A DNA stretch of 20,000 nt, taken from assembly GCA_023150835.1 (NCBI GenBank), contig JAKLKB010000017.1:108587-128586 (forward strand), read 5' to 3'. This document shows, one piece after another, positions 8,086 through 16,340 of the stretch (within the stretch, counting starts at the first letter, position 1; every line of letters starts with the position of its first letter). This stretch comes from Myxococcota bacterium (GTDB lineage: Bacteria > Myxococcota_C > UBA6777). Position numbers and translations under genes: made by a program. The notes under the pieces were generated by a model. That model did no database searches and had not been told where the DNA came from. It saw only the letters and a list, made by a program, of their open reading frames with translations.

Positions 8086-9072
8086 TTGAAGCCGATACGT
8101 TTTGTGGGTCGTTTTGTGGAGATGCCGTTGTATGGGATATTTCGGAGGTTGCAGGCGGAGATGGAGGTGTGGCGGGTGGGAGATCCGCCGATAGCCTTTG
8201 ATGTGGTGGATCCCGATGCTTCGGTGGTTCACTACACAGGCGAAGTATTGGAGAATGGGGCGATCTATCGGTCGTATCGTTGTTGGTTGGAGCTTTGCGA
8301 GCAGTTGGATGCGCGATTTTTGACGCCGCAAGTGTTGGGGGATGGTTTTGTGCGCTTGCGGATCTTGCCGCTGGGTTTCGGAGATTCGTGGCATGAACGC
8401 GCCCGTCCATCGGGGGATCGCGAAAAGTATGGCGCGCATACAGAGTTTTCGCGGATCGATAAGCTTGAGGAGCCTTCTTTTCTTGTGGATTATGTCGATG
8501 CGTTGGAGCGGCTGGAGCTTCCTGAGGCTGCGGAGATCTTGGATCTGGGCATCAACAAGGGAGACGAGTTTGCGATCTTTTCGCAGCTTTATCCGCCTTC
8601 TGTGTATGAGACGATGCGTTTTGTCGGGGTGGATCATGCGTCTTCGGCGCTTGCTGTGGCGCGGACTCGGTTTCCTTCGGAGCGATTCCGTTGGATTGAC
8701 GCGGATCTCAACGATCTAGCGTCGCTTGGGTTGGGGCGCTACGATCTGATCGTCAGCATCGCGACCTTGCACAGTCCTGCGCTGCGCTCGCGTGAGATCT
8801 TCCACGATCTTGTGCGCCTTCATCTCAAACCAACAGGCCACATTATCCTCGGATTCCCGAACTGCCGCTATCTCGATCACGAGATCCGTTGTGGCGCAAA
8901 AATGAAAAACTACACACGCCCCGAACTCTCCGTCTTGTTTCACGAAGTCGCCTACCACAAGCGCTACCTCCAACAGCATCGTTTTCGTGTGACGGTGACA
9001 GGAAAACATACGCTGCTGCTGACGGGAAAGCGCCTACCTGCGGCTTCTTTGGAGCAGGATGTCGCAGAGTAG
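8086..9072 (+). CDS. Class I SAM-dependent methyltransferase
   Basis: ILDLGINKGD (motif I variant), FVGVDHA, DADLNDL, YDLIVSIATLH, LKPTGHIIL. AAAGGAG RBS before TTG. Confidence 0.85.
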   Translation: MKPIRFVGRFVEMPLYGIFRRLQAEMEVWRVGDPPIAFDVVDPDASVVHYTGEVLENGAIYRSYRCWLELCEQLDARFLTPQVLGDGFVRLRILPLGFGDSWHERARPSGDREKYGAHTEFSRIDKLEEPSFLVDYVDALERLELPEAAEILDLGINKGDEFAIFSQLYPPSVYETMRFVGVDHASSALAVARTRFPSERFRWIDADLNDLASLGLGRYDLIVSIATLHSPALRSREIFHDLVRLHLKPTGHIILGFPNCRYLDHEIRCGAKMKNYTRPELSVLFHEVAYHKRYLQQHRFRVTVTGKHTLLLTGKRLPAASLEQDVAE

Positions 9073-9130
9073 CGCGCAAGAGAGCACCCCAAAAAGCGAG
9101 CGCTTTTCGACTCAACTCGGCTCCGTATCG

Positions 9131-9366
9131 GATAGGACTTACACAGTTCGATACGAAAAAGGCCCATGTTCGGGCGTGGGTGGTTCGCGAACCGCCCCTA
9201 CAACGTTCTGATATCTCAGGGTTTCCCTTTTCAACTGCGTAATCCGAAATCCGCCCAGAGTATGATCGTAAAGAAGTAGGGGCAGCCCCCTGTGGCTGCC
9301 CAAGAATCGGGCATCTACGCACTCTCCTACGATCACACATCTCACGGATATCGTATAAGTCCTATC
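9131..9366. mobile_element. MITE/REPIN-like composite with 14-bp inverted ends and two GTAG REP hairpins (module D 9131-9245 + family E copy 2 9245-9366)
   Basis: GATAGGACTTACAC (9131-9144) and GTATAAGTCCTATC (9353-9366), 13/14 inverted match. REPs at 9178-9201 (minus, GTAGGGGCGGTTCGCGAACCACCC) and 9276-9301 (plus, GTAGGGGCAGCCCCCTGTGGCTGCCC). Confidence 0.75.
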
Positions 9367-9370
9367 GGAG

Positions 9371-9507
9371 TGATCTGAAGACAAAAAAACCCGTGTTCGC
9401 GATGTTTCAAGCGACAGCGTGCTTGGTTTGAAAAACCTCCGATCTCTTCGCCAATACGGGGTCAAGGGGACGTCGGTCCCTTGCGGGGCGTGGGGTGGCA
9501 CCCCACA
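9371..9507 (+). repeat. Dispersed repeat (family A), copy 2, uninterrupted
   Basis: Homologous to 7672-7804. Ends in hairpins AAGGGGAC..GTCCCTT and GTGGGGTGGCACCCCAC. Confidence 0.8.
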
Positions 9508-9533
9508 AGAACAAACCCGATCGCGCAGGCTTC

Positions 9534-10598
9534 TTATCTGTCTTCGCGGTGTGGTGTATTCGGAGAGAGGCGGCAGAGGGCGATCTTGAGGGGGGGTTGG
9601 CCGTCGAAGGAGGGGAAGTCGGTTTCGGGAGGGAGGATATCGATGCTTTCGAGCGGGACATCGGCTTTTTGGGCGCAGCGTTCGAGAGAGGCCTGCCAGT
9701 CGGAGAGGGCGACTTCGGCGACGTTGTTGGTGGCGATCAAGATCCCGCCTGCTTTGGTGGCGAGCAGAGCGGGCTTAAAGAGACTTTGGTAATCGCGAAC
9801 TAGATCGACGGCCCCAAACGGACCACGCGCAAAGCGCGGTGGATCGAGAAAGACGACATCAAACGTTCGAGAAGAAAAACGCTGATAAGGCCGCCTGCCC
9901 GCTTTGCCTTTGATCGGTAAGTTCGCCAGTTGGCGCATTACAGGGATCGCATCTTCTTGGATGAAGCGTAGGCGCAAAGAGGGGCTTTCCACAAGGCCGT
10001 TGATTTCGGCATTTTCGTGTCCGATGGCCAGATTGGAGGCTGCAAAGTCCACATTCCAAACTTCGCGGGCGCCGGCCTTGGCGGCACAGATGCCCATCGT
10101 GCAAGTGTACGCAAACAGATTGAGGACAGATGCGCCTTTTGCGATCGTGCGCATATAACGGCGACCTGCGCGCATATCCAAGAAAAACAGCGGATCGATC
10201 CCGCGATGTCGTCCTTGTATCCGATATCGCAGTCCCATCTCTTGGCAGGTCATCGGCGCGAGAGCTTCGGGGGAGGGTTGGTGCCATGCGTCGAAGGTTT
10301 GTTGAGGGCCTTTGGAGCGATGGTTGTAGACGAAGTGTTTGATATCGCACAGGCGCGTGATCCAGATATCGGCCAAGGCATCGCGTTGTGGGGAGTCGAG
10401 GGGTGAACCAAAGGTTTGGAGCAAGAGCAAGGGTCCGTATCGATCGACGGTTAGGCCGGGGATGCCTTCGGTTGCGCCGTGGAACAGTCTGTAAGCGTCG
10501 GTCGATTCGGCGTGAAGCTGATCGATCAGAGCTTGTCTGTGCGACCACGCTTGTTCCATGTGGTCTTTGGCCATCAAGATATCCAAGAGAGGCTCCAT
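9534..10598 (-). CDS. RlmI/RlmK-family class I SAM-dependent (rRNA) methyltransferase
   Basis: AYRLFHG..EGIPGLTVDRYG, FFLDMR, VLNLFAYT, FDVVFLDPPRF. Start uncertain (ATG 10598 chosen; ORF open from 10649). Confidence 0.88.
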   Translation of the reverse strand: MEPLLDILMAKDHMEQAWSHRQALIDQLHAESTDAYRLFHGATEGIPGLTVDRYGPLLLLQTFGSPLDSPQRDALADIWITRLCDIKHFVYNHRSKGPQQTFDAWHQPSPEALAPMTCQEMGLRYRIQGRHRGIDPLFFLDMRAGRRYMRTIAKGASVLNLFAYTCTMGICAAKAGAREVWNVDFAASNLAIGHENAEINGLVESPSLRLRFIQEDAIPVMRQLANLPIKGKAGRRPYQRFSSRTFDVVFLDPPRFARGPFGAVDLVRDYQSLFKPALLATKAGGILIATNNVAEVALSDWQASLERCAQKADVPLESIDILPPETDFPSFDGQPPLKIALCRLSPNTPHREDR

Positions 10599-10718
10599 TG
10601 CGTTGTGGTTTGGGTGCGGTTGTGGAGCGGCGAAGGGCGGAAGGAGCAAAGGATATCGTCGAGTCCTTCGCCCTCTTCACCCACATGACGACAAAGAAGG
10701 TGGCGGAGGGCGGAAGGA

Positions 10719-12332
10719 TCAGAGGATACCGTCGAGGTCGGCGGGTTGGGGTTGTTGATCGAGCCAGCGTTGGGCTTTGGCTTCAGCGCGGCTCCATAGG
10801 CTTTTGTGGGCGTGGGCTTCTTTGCGCAACAGCGCAAGAGCCGCGAGTGTGTAGATCTGCATCGGATGGGCTTGTTGTTGGGCGCGGGTATGGACGGCTT
10901 GCCAACGAGCGCCAAGCCATGCTCGCAGCGTAGGACTTTCAGGAAAGCTGCCATCGGCGCGTTGCGTCAACAAAAGTTCCATGATGCGTTCTTCGATGCC
11001 TACGGGGGCGGGCGGTTCGGCTTCTTCGCGAGCGTGCTCGGTGCTTGGTGTGGCGAGGTCGTCTGCGTCCTCGTCGCCCGAACCTCCTTTGTTGGAGCTT
11101 GCGGCAGGTGCGAAAGAAGCTTTTGCGTCGCGAGGCGGAGCAATGCTCTTCTTTGCTTTTTTGGGAGCCGAACGAGCGGGTTGTAGCACAGATCGTTCTT
11201 TGGCCATCTCACCATCGGGCAGATCATAAAACAACCCGCTGTGAGAAGTGACGGGTTCTTGATCGGCGAGCATTCCACCGAATCCCCCGCGCCCGCTTTG
11301 CAAACCGCCGAGGGCGCCATGTGCCGCAGGCCCTGCGGGTGCAGCGCCGCCACCACCCGGGGCTGGTGCAGGGGGGGGCGCTCCAAAGGAGGCCATCTGC
11401 GGAGACATCGAAAGACTCGCCGACATCGAAAACATCATCGCATTGAGCGGAGCAGCGGCAGCAACGGCTTGGGGAGCAAGCAATGGATGGCCGCCCCATC
11501 CTGTGGTGAGAGCGATGGGGATGCGACGCAACGCAACGGGTTCATCGGAGCGTTCGTCGGTGGGGCGTTCTTCGACAGCGATATAACTGGCGACGCTCGA
11601 CATCAGGCCAAAGTCTTTGCTGAGTTGTAAGAGCTTCTCGCGTTTTTTGGTTTCTGTGTCTGTTCGACGTTGTTGGCTGCCGCTGTCATCGCTTTCTTCG
11701 AGATCGCGGATGGCGTGGCGTGCCCACAAGATCGGGATCGGGCTGTTGCGTTCGGCTTTTTCAAAATCGAGTGGAAGGCTCCATTGTTGTTGATCGGCTT
11801 GGAGCGTGACCGCGCTGTCGTGGCCGTCTTGGATACGCGCAAACAGAGTCATCCCTTCGCCAGCAAACAGCGGTGGAAGTTGTTTGGGGGCGATGTCGGC
11901 TTTGGTCTTGCCCCAACGCAGATCGATCTTGTCGAATATCGGGGTGTTGAGGCGGCCAAATGTGCGCAGCACTTTGGGTTCGATGCGCTCGCCTGATGCG
12001 ATGAACTCCGCGGAACCTCCCGATGCACGGGCGATCCCACGCACAAGCTTTTGGCTGACGCCTTCGCCGATACCAAAAGCAAACACTCGTGCGGGCCGTC
12101 CTTTGCGACACAAACGGATCGTTTCGTCTTCGTTGGAGACCTGTCCATCGGTGAGGACGATGATCTGGCGTGGGCGGGTGGAGTGTGATGGCAGATTGTA
12201 GATGCTCTGGAGTGGTTCGAGGATCTCGGTCCCACCGAGATCTGCGTCAATGCGTGCGATGTACGCGCTGGCTTCGTCAAGATGGGCTTGGTTGAAGGGG
12301 ACAGGTTCAGGCCAAAGCCGCTCGAAGCTCGA
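10719..12332 (-). CDS. VIT-vWA protein, C-terminal fragment (no credible start of its own)
   Basis: Remainder of vWA domain, LWARHAIRDLE and LSKDFGLMSSVASYIAVEER motifs, Ala/Pro-rich linker, terminal LLLTQRADGSF domain. Confidence 0.6.
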   Translation of the reverse strand, partial: SSFERLWPEPVPFNQAHLDEASAYIARIDADLGGTEILEPLQSIYNLPSHSTRPRQIIVLTDGQVSNEDETIRLCRKGRPARVFAFGIGEGVSQKLVRGIARASGGSAEFIASGERIEPKVLRTFGRLNTPIFDKIDLRWGKTKADIAPKQLPPLFAGEGMTLFARIQDGHDSAVTLQADQQQWSLPLDFEKAERNSPIPILWARHAIRDLEESDDSGSQQRRTDTETKKREKLLQLSKDFGLMSSVASYIAVEERPTDERSDEPVALRRIPIALTTGWGGHPLLAPQAVAAAAPLNAMMFSMSASLSMSPQMASFGAPPPAPAPGGGGAAPAGPAAHGALGGLQSGRGGFGGMLADQEPVTSHSGLFYDLPDGEMAKERSVLQPARSAPKKAKKSIAPPRDAKASFAPAASSNKGGSGDEDADDLATPSTEHAREEAEPPAPVGIEERIMELLLTQRADGSFPESPTLRAWLGARWQAVHTRAQQQAHPMQIYTLAALALLRKEAHAHKSLWSRAEAKAQRWLDQQPQPADLDGIL

Positions 12333-13239
12333 AAAGAGCGAGGGCGCGGCGGGCTTCTTCGATACTCGATCCGCTCATCGAACCCGAACAATCGAGAACA
12401 AAAAAGACTTCGCTTGGGAGGATCGGTGCGCCTTCGGGATCGGGGCGAAAGTGCAACATCGCAAAGCGCTGTCCGTCGGCAGTGCAAGCGACTTGTGCAA
12501 AAGGCTGGTGTGGCTTGCGAGGCTCGATCAGCAACACAAAGTCCCGATCCATCGCGATCTCACGTTGGCTGAGTGACACGACCGCGTGATCGTCTTCGAG
12601 GGTGATGCGTACAGGGTGGGAGGGCGATTCGACGTGGCGTAGTCCTCCATTCAAGCGCAGCATCAGTTCGAGGCTGAGTCCGTAAGGTACGCGCAGTTGG
12701 CGCGGAGTATCGAGGGCTGCGATGGTTTCGGGAGATTCGGCGGCTTGATGCGCGGGGATGTAGCGCGGGGAAACGGTGGTCGGGAGCATCAAGCGGATCG
12801 CAGAGCCTTCGTAGGCGAGTTCTGCAACATAAGAGATCTCGATCTCGACGGTCTCTTCGGGGGGGATGCGTCCGACCGAGATCGTAAAGATATCGGCGCG
12901 CACTTGCTCCATCAAAAAGGCGCTGTTTCCTTCGCGGATGGCCTCGTCATAACGTTCGAAGGCTCGTTCTTTTTCGTCGATCTCTCCTCGAAGCACGCGA
13001 TCTTTGAGGCGTGCTACAAAGCCGCACACAGCGGCTTGTTCTTCGAGAGGAAACAAATAGACAGCTTCGATCTCGATCGTCTCGGTGTTTCGGTAGCGTT
13101 GTTTGACGGTGATCTGGCTCGATAGGCCGCTGATCTGGCCTTCGATACGGACTCCTTCGAGCGCAACAGGTTTTCCATCACAAAAAAGGCCGCTGTTGCG
13201 GTCTTTCAGGGCGATCTCTTCGATGGCTTGGTTCGGCAT
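12307..13239 (-). CDS. VIT-vWA protein, N-terminal fragment
   Basis: ATG 13239 with GAGG RBS. VIT domain, ends shortly after VFFVLDCSGSM at a premature TGA. Confidence 0.6.
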   Translation of the reverse strand: MPNQAIEEIALKDRNSGLFCDGKPVALEGVRIEGQISGLSSQITVKQRYRNTETIEIEAVYLFPLEEQAAVCGFVARLKDRVLRGEIDEKERAFERYDEAIREGNSAFLMEQVRADIFTISVGRIPPEETVEIEISYVAELAYEGSAIRLMLPTTVSPRYIPAHQAAESPETIAALDTPRQLRVPYGLSLELMLRLNGGLRHVESPSHPVRITLEDDHAVVSLSQREIAMDRDFVLLIEPRKPHQPFAQVACTADGQRFAMLHFRPDPEGAPILPSEVFFVLDCSGSMSGSSIEEARRALALFELRAALA

Positions 13240-13396
13240 GGTGGCCTCGTGATTTGGGGTGATGAGAGAGGGCGTTCAAGCATAGTAGTCTCCGAAAGCA
13301 GCCTGTCAAGGGGGCTTTCGGAGGCACGAGGCCAAACGGCGTTCGTCAAACAAGGGGTGGATGGGTCGGAGATCTGGGGAGCGAAAAGCAGGGAGG

Positions 13397-14548
13397 TTAG
13401 GGGAAGGCGGGGCAATGTTTGGTTTGAGGATCGGGGGCTGTGCAGAAGCGACCGCAGATGCCGGGTGGAGGAGGCGCTCCACCGGAACAGCAAAGCTGTC
13501 CTTGGGGGCATCCAGAGACATTACAGCAGCAGCTACCGAGCGTTCCGTCTTGGTTGCGGCAGGGGTCGCCTGTTTTGCAGAGGACATCGGTGCAGGAGAG
13601 GCAAAGGCTCATGCGACGGAGAGAGGCGCATTTGTTGTTGGAGTCGCAGACTTGGCTGTATTTGACGCAATCGCAGTCATGTTTGCAATCGGCGGGGCAA
13701 GTCGAGAGGCTTTGGTCATGTTGGAAGCAAGGTTCGCCGCTGACGCAGGTGGCATCGCCACAAGACTTGCATTGGGAGAGGCGACGTAGAGCGCGGCATC
13801 CGTTGGTTCCGTCGCACAATAGGCCAAATTTGAGGCAATCGCAGTCGTGTTTACAGGCCGTTCCGACACCTGTTCCCGGGCATTTGGCGAGGGTGCCTTT
13901 GGCGGTATAACACGAAGCTCCTGCGGGGCAAGGCGTATTTTCGCAAGAAGGGCAGAGGTTGGCGCGTTTGAGTGGCGCACAGGCTTTTTCGTGGCAGACC
14001 AGCCCCAAGGCGAAGCAATCGCAATCGTCCTGACAAGCGACTGCAGGGCAAGTCCCGATGTTTCCGGTCTTGTCGACACAAGGTTGTCCAACCAAGCAGC
14101 GTTGGGGATCTTCGCAAGGGGGGCATTGGTTGACGCGATCGACATCGGCGCATTGGTTGTTGACGCAGGCTTGGCCGGCCTTGTAGCAATCGCAGTCGTT
14201 TTTGCAAGACAGGGGGCCTTGTTCTTTCGGTGTATCGGGGGTTTCGTCAGGGAGGGGCTTGTCAGGAGCGTTTTCGACGATGCTTCCGTCTGTGGTGGTC
14301 TCGGTGGTGGTTTCGGTGGTGGCTTCGGTCGATGATTCGGTGGAGGTCTCGGTGGTGGCTTCGGTCGATGATTCGGTGGAGGTCTCGACCGTACCGTTTT
14401 CTTTGTTGCTTTGGGTTTCGGAGATTTTTTCTTGGTTTGGATCGACGCCGGGTGGCGTGCAATCAAGAACAGCGAAGGCGGCGACAGCCAACCATGCAAG
14501 GAAAAAGAAGGTTCGTTTCGGGGCGGTGTGAAAAAGGCTTGAGGCCAT
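13397..14548 (-). CDS. Secreted/lipoprotein Cys-rich repeat protein
   Basis: Signal peptide ending AVLDC, Thr/Glu tether, four ~55-aa 10-Cys repeats, 8-Cys tail. GGAG 9 nt before ATG 14548; alternative TTG 14554. Confidence 0.85.
   Translation of the reverse strand: MASSLFHTAPKRTFFFLAWLAVAAFAVLDCTPPGVDPNQEKISETQSNKENGTVETSTESSTEATTETSTESSTEATTETTTETTTDGSIVENAPDKPLPDETPDTPKEQGPLSCKNDCDCYKAGQACVNNQCADVDRVNQCPPCEDPQRCLVGQPCVDKTGNIGTCPAVACQDDCDCFALGLVCHEKACAPLKRANLCPSCENTPCPAGASCYTAKGTLAKCPGTGVGTACKHDCDCLKFGLLCDGTNGCRALRRLSQCKSCGDATCVSGEPCFQHDQSLSTCPADCKHDCDCVKYSQVCDSNNKCASLRRMSLCLSCTDVLCKTGDPCRNQDGTLGSCCCNVSGCPQGQLCCSGGAPPPPGICGRFCTAPDPQTKHCPAFP
14293..14387. repeat. 12/36-bp coding tandem repeat encoding ETSTESSTEATT
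   Basis: Perfect 36-bp duplication 14313-14348 / 14349-14384 plus flanking 12-bp units. Confidence 0.85.
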
Positions 14549-14663
14549 CGACAAAGTCTCCCATTATGCGCTGTTTCGTTCGGGCGCGGTGTTTGTTAGG
14601 GGGGATGCGTCCAACGTGAGGGCTTGTGTTGTCGGCGATAGACCTATGCGGTTGGGTTTTGGT

Positions 14664-14777
14664 CTCTGGATCGTGTTGGGTGGTGGACTTAGCGGGAGGT
14701 GGGGAAGGTGCGACCTTCCATCCTCGGAGTGTGCGACTCTGGATCGTGTTGGGTGGTGGACTTAGCGGGAGGTGGGG
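14664..14777. repeat. 41-bp perfect direct repeat separated by 32 bp
   Basis: CTCTGGATCGTGTTGGGTGGTGGACTTAGCGGGAGGTGGGG at 14664-14704 and 14737-14777. Confidence 0.9.
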
Positions 14778-15325
14778 GAAGAGAGGTCGGTGAGGCAGTG
14801 GGCGAGGAAGCGCACAAGTTCTCTGACTTGGAAGGGTTTTGCAAAGAAGTCTGCGTTGAGCGAGGCGAGTTTCCGTTGTTCTTGCGGATCGAGCGGGTGG
14901 CCGCTGATCAAGACCACAGGCAAGCAAGGGATCTCTTCGCGCAAACGCCGAAGGAAAAAGAGTCCGTCTTGTTGTCCGATATGACGATCCAAGATCAACG
15001 CATCGGCAGTGTCGGCGATCAAAGCCATGTCGTGTTCGTCGTCTTGAAAGCAGTCACGGCAAGTGACGGTGAATCCTTTGCGTTCGAGGGCTTGGGCTAA
15101 GAGGTTTCGGATGGCTTCGTCGTCGTCGTAGACAACGATGTGCCCTTGCGTGCGAGTCTGCGATCGCTCCGATGTGTGGGCTGTATAGGGCGGTGTGGTT
15201 GGAGGTTCTATGATCGTTACGTTGTGGCGGAGATGGAGTCCTTGTTTGCGTGTTCCCGCGAGTTGTAGTGCGTTTTCTAGGCCATAAGGGTACGAAAGAT
15301 CACGATAAAATGCTTGCATGGCCAC
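14762..15325 (-). CDS. Response regulator receiver (CheY-like) protein with N-terminal extension
   Basis: IVVYDDDEAIR, ALILD (phosphoacceptor), VVLISG, FFAKPF. GAAAGGA RBS; start GTG 15325 or ATG 15319. Confidence 0.85.
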   Translation of the reverse strand: MAMQAFYRDLSYPYGLENALQLAGTRKQGLHLRHNVTIIEPPTTPPYTAHTSERSQTRTQGHIVVYDDDEAIRNLLAQALERKGFTVTCRDCFQDDEHDMALIADTADALILDRHIGQQDGLFFLRRLREEIPCLPVVLISGHPLDPQEQRKLASLNADFFAKPFQVRELVRFLAHCLTDLSSPTSR

Positions 15326-15509
15326 GAATCCTTTCTATGCGGCATTCTTGCCGACGCCCGATTGGACGCCAGTTGCCGTCTTTTATTTAAGAAGCATAAA
15401 GCATTCCTCCGTCGCGGGTCGGAACAAAAAATCTCGATAGTTCGTCGTTTTGTGCGTTATCGTATGCTGTTTGAGCCAAGGGTGACGCGACGAAACAAGG
15501 GAGTTTCTG

Positions 15510-16190
15510 TCAGAGCGGGGTGGTCGCACGCAAACGGATGGAGAGGTCGTGGGCTTTTCGCAGAGGTTCGGGTTGTCGGTAGCGCGTGCAGCAGCGCAAG
15601 ACAAAGGTGTAAGCGCTTTGCATATCGAAGCGATGGGCGGGAGAGACGTAGACAGGTTTGGTGTGGGGTTGTGTGCAGAGGCTCAAGCCGATGATCTGGC
15701 CTTGATCGGTGATCGGAGCCTGATCACCGCGTTGATCACCGACAGGCGCATGATCACCGAAGAACGGGGTTTTGCTGACGCCAACGGTAGGGATATCAAG
15801 GCTCCATCCGAGATGGCTCGCAAGCCCGAAGCGTCGGGGGTGAGCGATGCCATGTCCATCGATCAACAAAGCTTCGGGTGTGCGCTTGAATTGGGCGAAG
15901 GCGCGCAACAACAACGGCGCTTCGCGCAGCGAAAAGAGGCCGCTTGTGTACGGGTATTCGGGTTCCCCGATCCAAGAGGCTTCTTCGAGGACCGTGTGGG
16001 ACTGCATATCGTAGAGGATAACGGCTGCATAGGCGATGTTTTGGTGTTTGTGGTAGGCAACGTCGGCAGCCCCGATCAGACGGGCTTGATCGGGGCCTTG
16101 GGTGATCTCGATCTGGTGTGCGAGTTGTGTTTGAAGTGCTTCGGCTAGGGCGGGATTATGGGGGAATTCTTGTTGTCGTTTGATATCCAT
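15510..16190 (-). CDS. nfi: Endonuclease V (deoxyinosine 3' endonuclease)
   Basis: GAADVAY, PYTSGLFSLRE, LIDGHGIAHPRRFGLASHLG, PTVGVSK, KPVYVSPAH, YRQPEPLRKAH. Confidence 0.95.
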   Translation of the reverse strand: MDIKRQQEFPHNPALAEALQTQLAHQIEITQGPDQARLIGAADVAYHKHQNIAYAAVILYDMQSHTVLEEASWIGEPEYPYTSGLFSLREAPLLLRAFAQFKRTPEALLIDGHGIAHPRRFGLASHLGWSLDIPTVGVSKTPFFGDHAPVGDQRGDQAPITDQGQIIGLSLCTQPHTKPVYVSPAHRFDMQSAYTFVLRCCTRYRQPEPLRKAHDLSIRLRATTPL

Positions 16191-16340
16191 TTGGCATCTC
16201 GTGTGTGGGTCGGTACAATGAAGGCGTTTTCCTGTGGCCTTGGGCGGATCGCAACGAGGGAGCGAGGGATTCGTCTTGGCTTTGGAGGGCGATCGCTGTT
16301 ATAAGGGCGAGGCGAGATAGACGCAAACAGGAGGTAGGCT

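Larger units (their letters stand above)
10719..13239 (-). pseudogene. VIT (vault protein inter-alpha-trypsin) + vWA domain protein, frameshifted near 12333
   Basis: Frame 1 (13239-12307) has VIT (EAVYLFPL) and MIDAS DCSGS. Frame 2 resumes at 12332 with SSFERLWP...ADLGGTEIL...IIVLTDGQVSNE...FAFGIG and runs to the stop at 10719. Confidence 0.8.

Noticed and set aside
12325-12340. Programmed ribosomal frameshift in the VIT-vWA gene
   Set aside because: No canonical slippery heptamer, and a conserved vWA strand is missing, so frameshifting would not restore the domain.
14664-14777. Mini-CRISPR (41-bp repeat, 32-bp spacer)
   Set aside because: Only two repeats, one overlapping a gene's stop codon; no leader, typical repeat terminus or cas genes.
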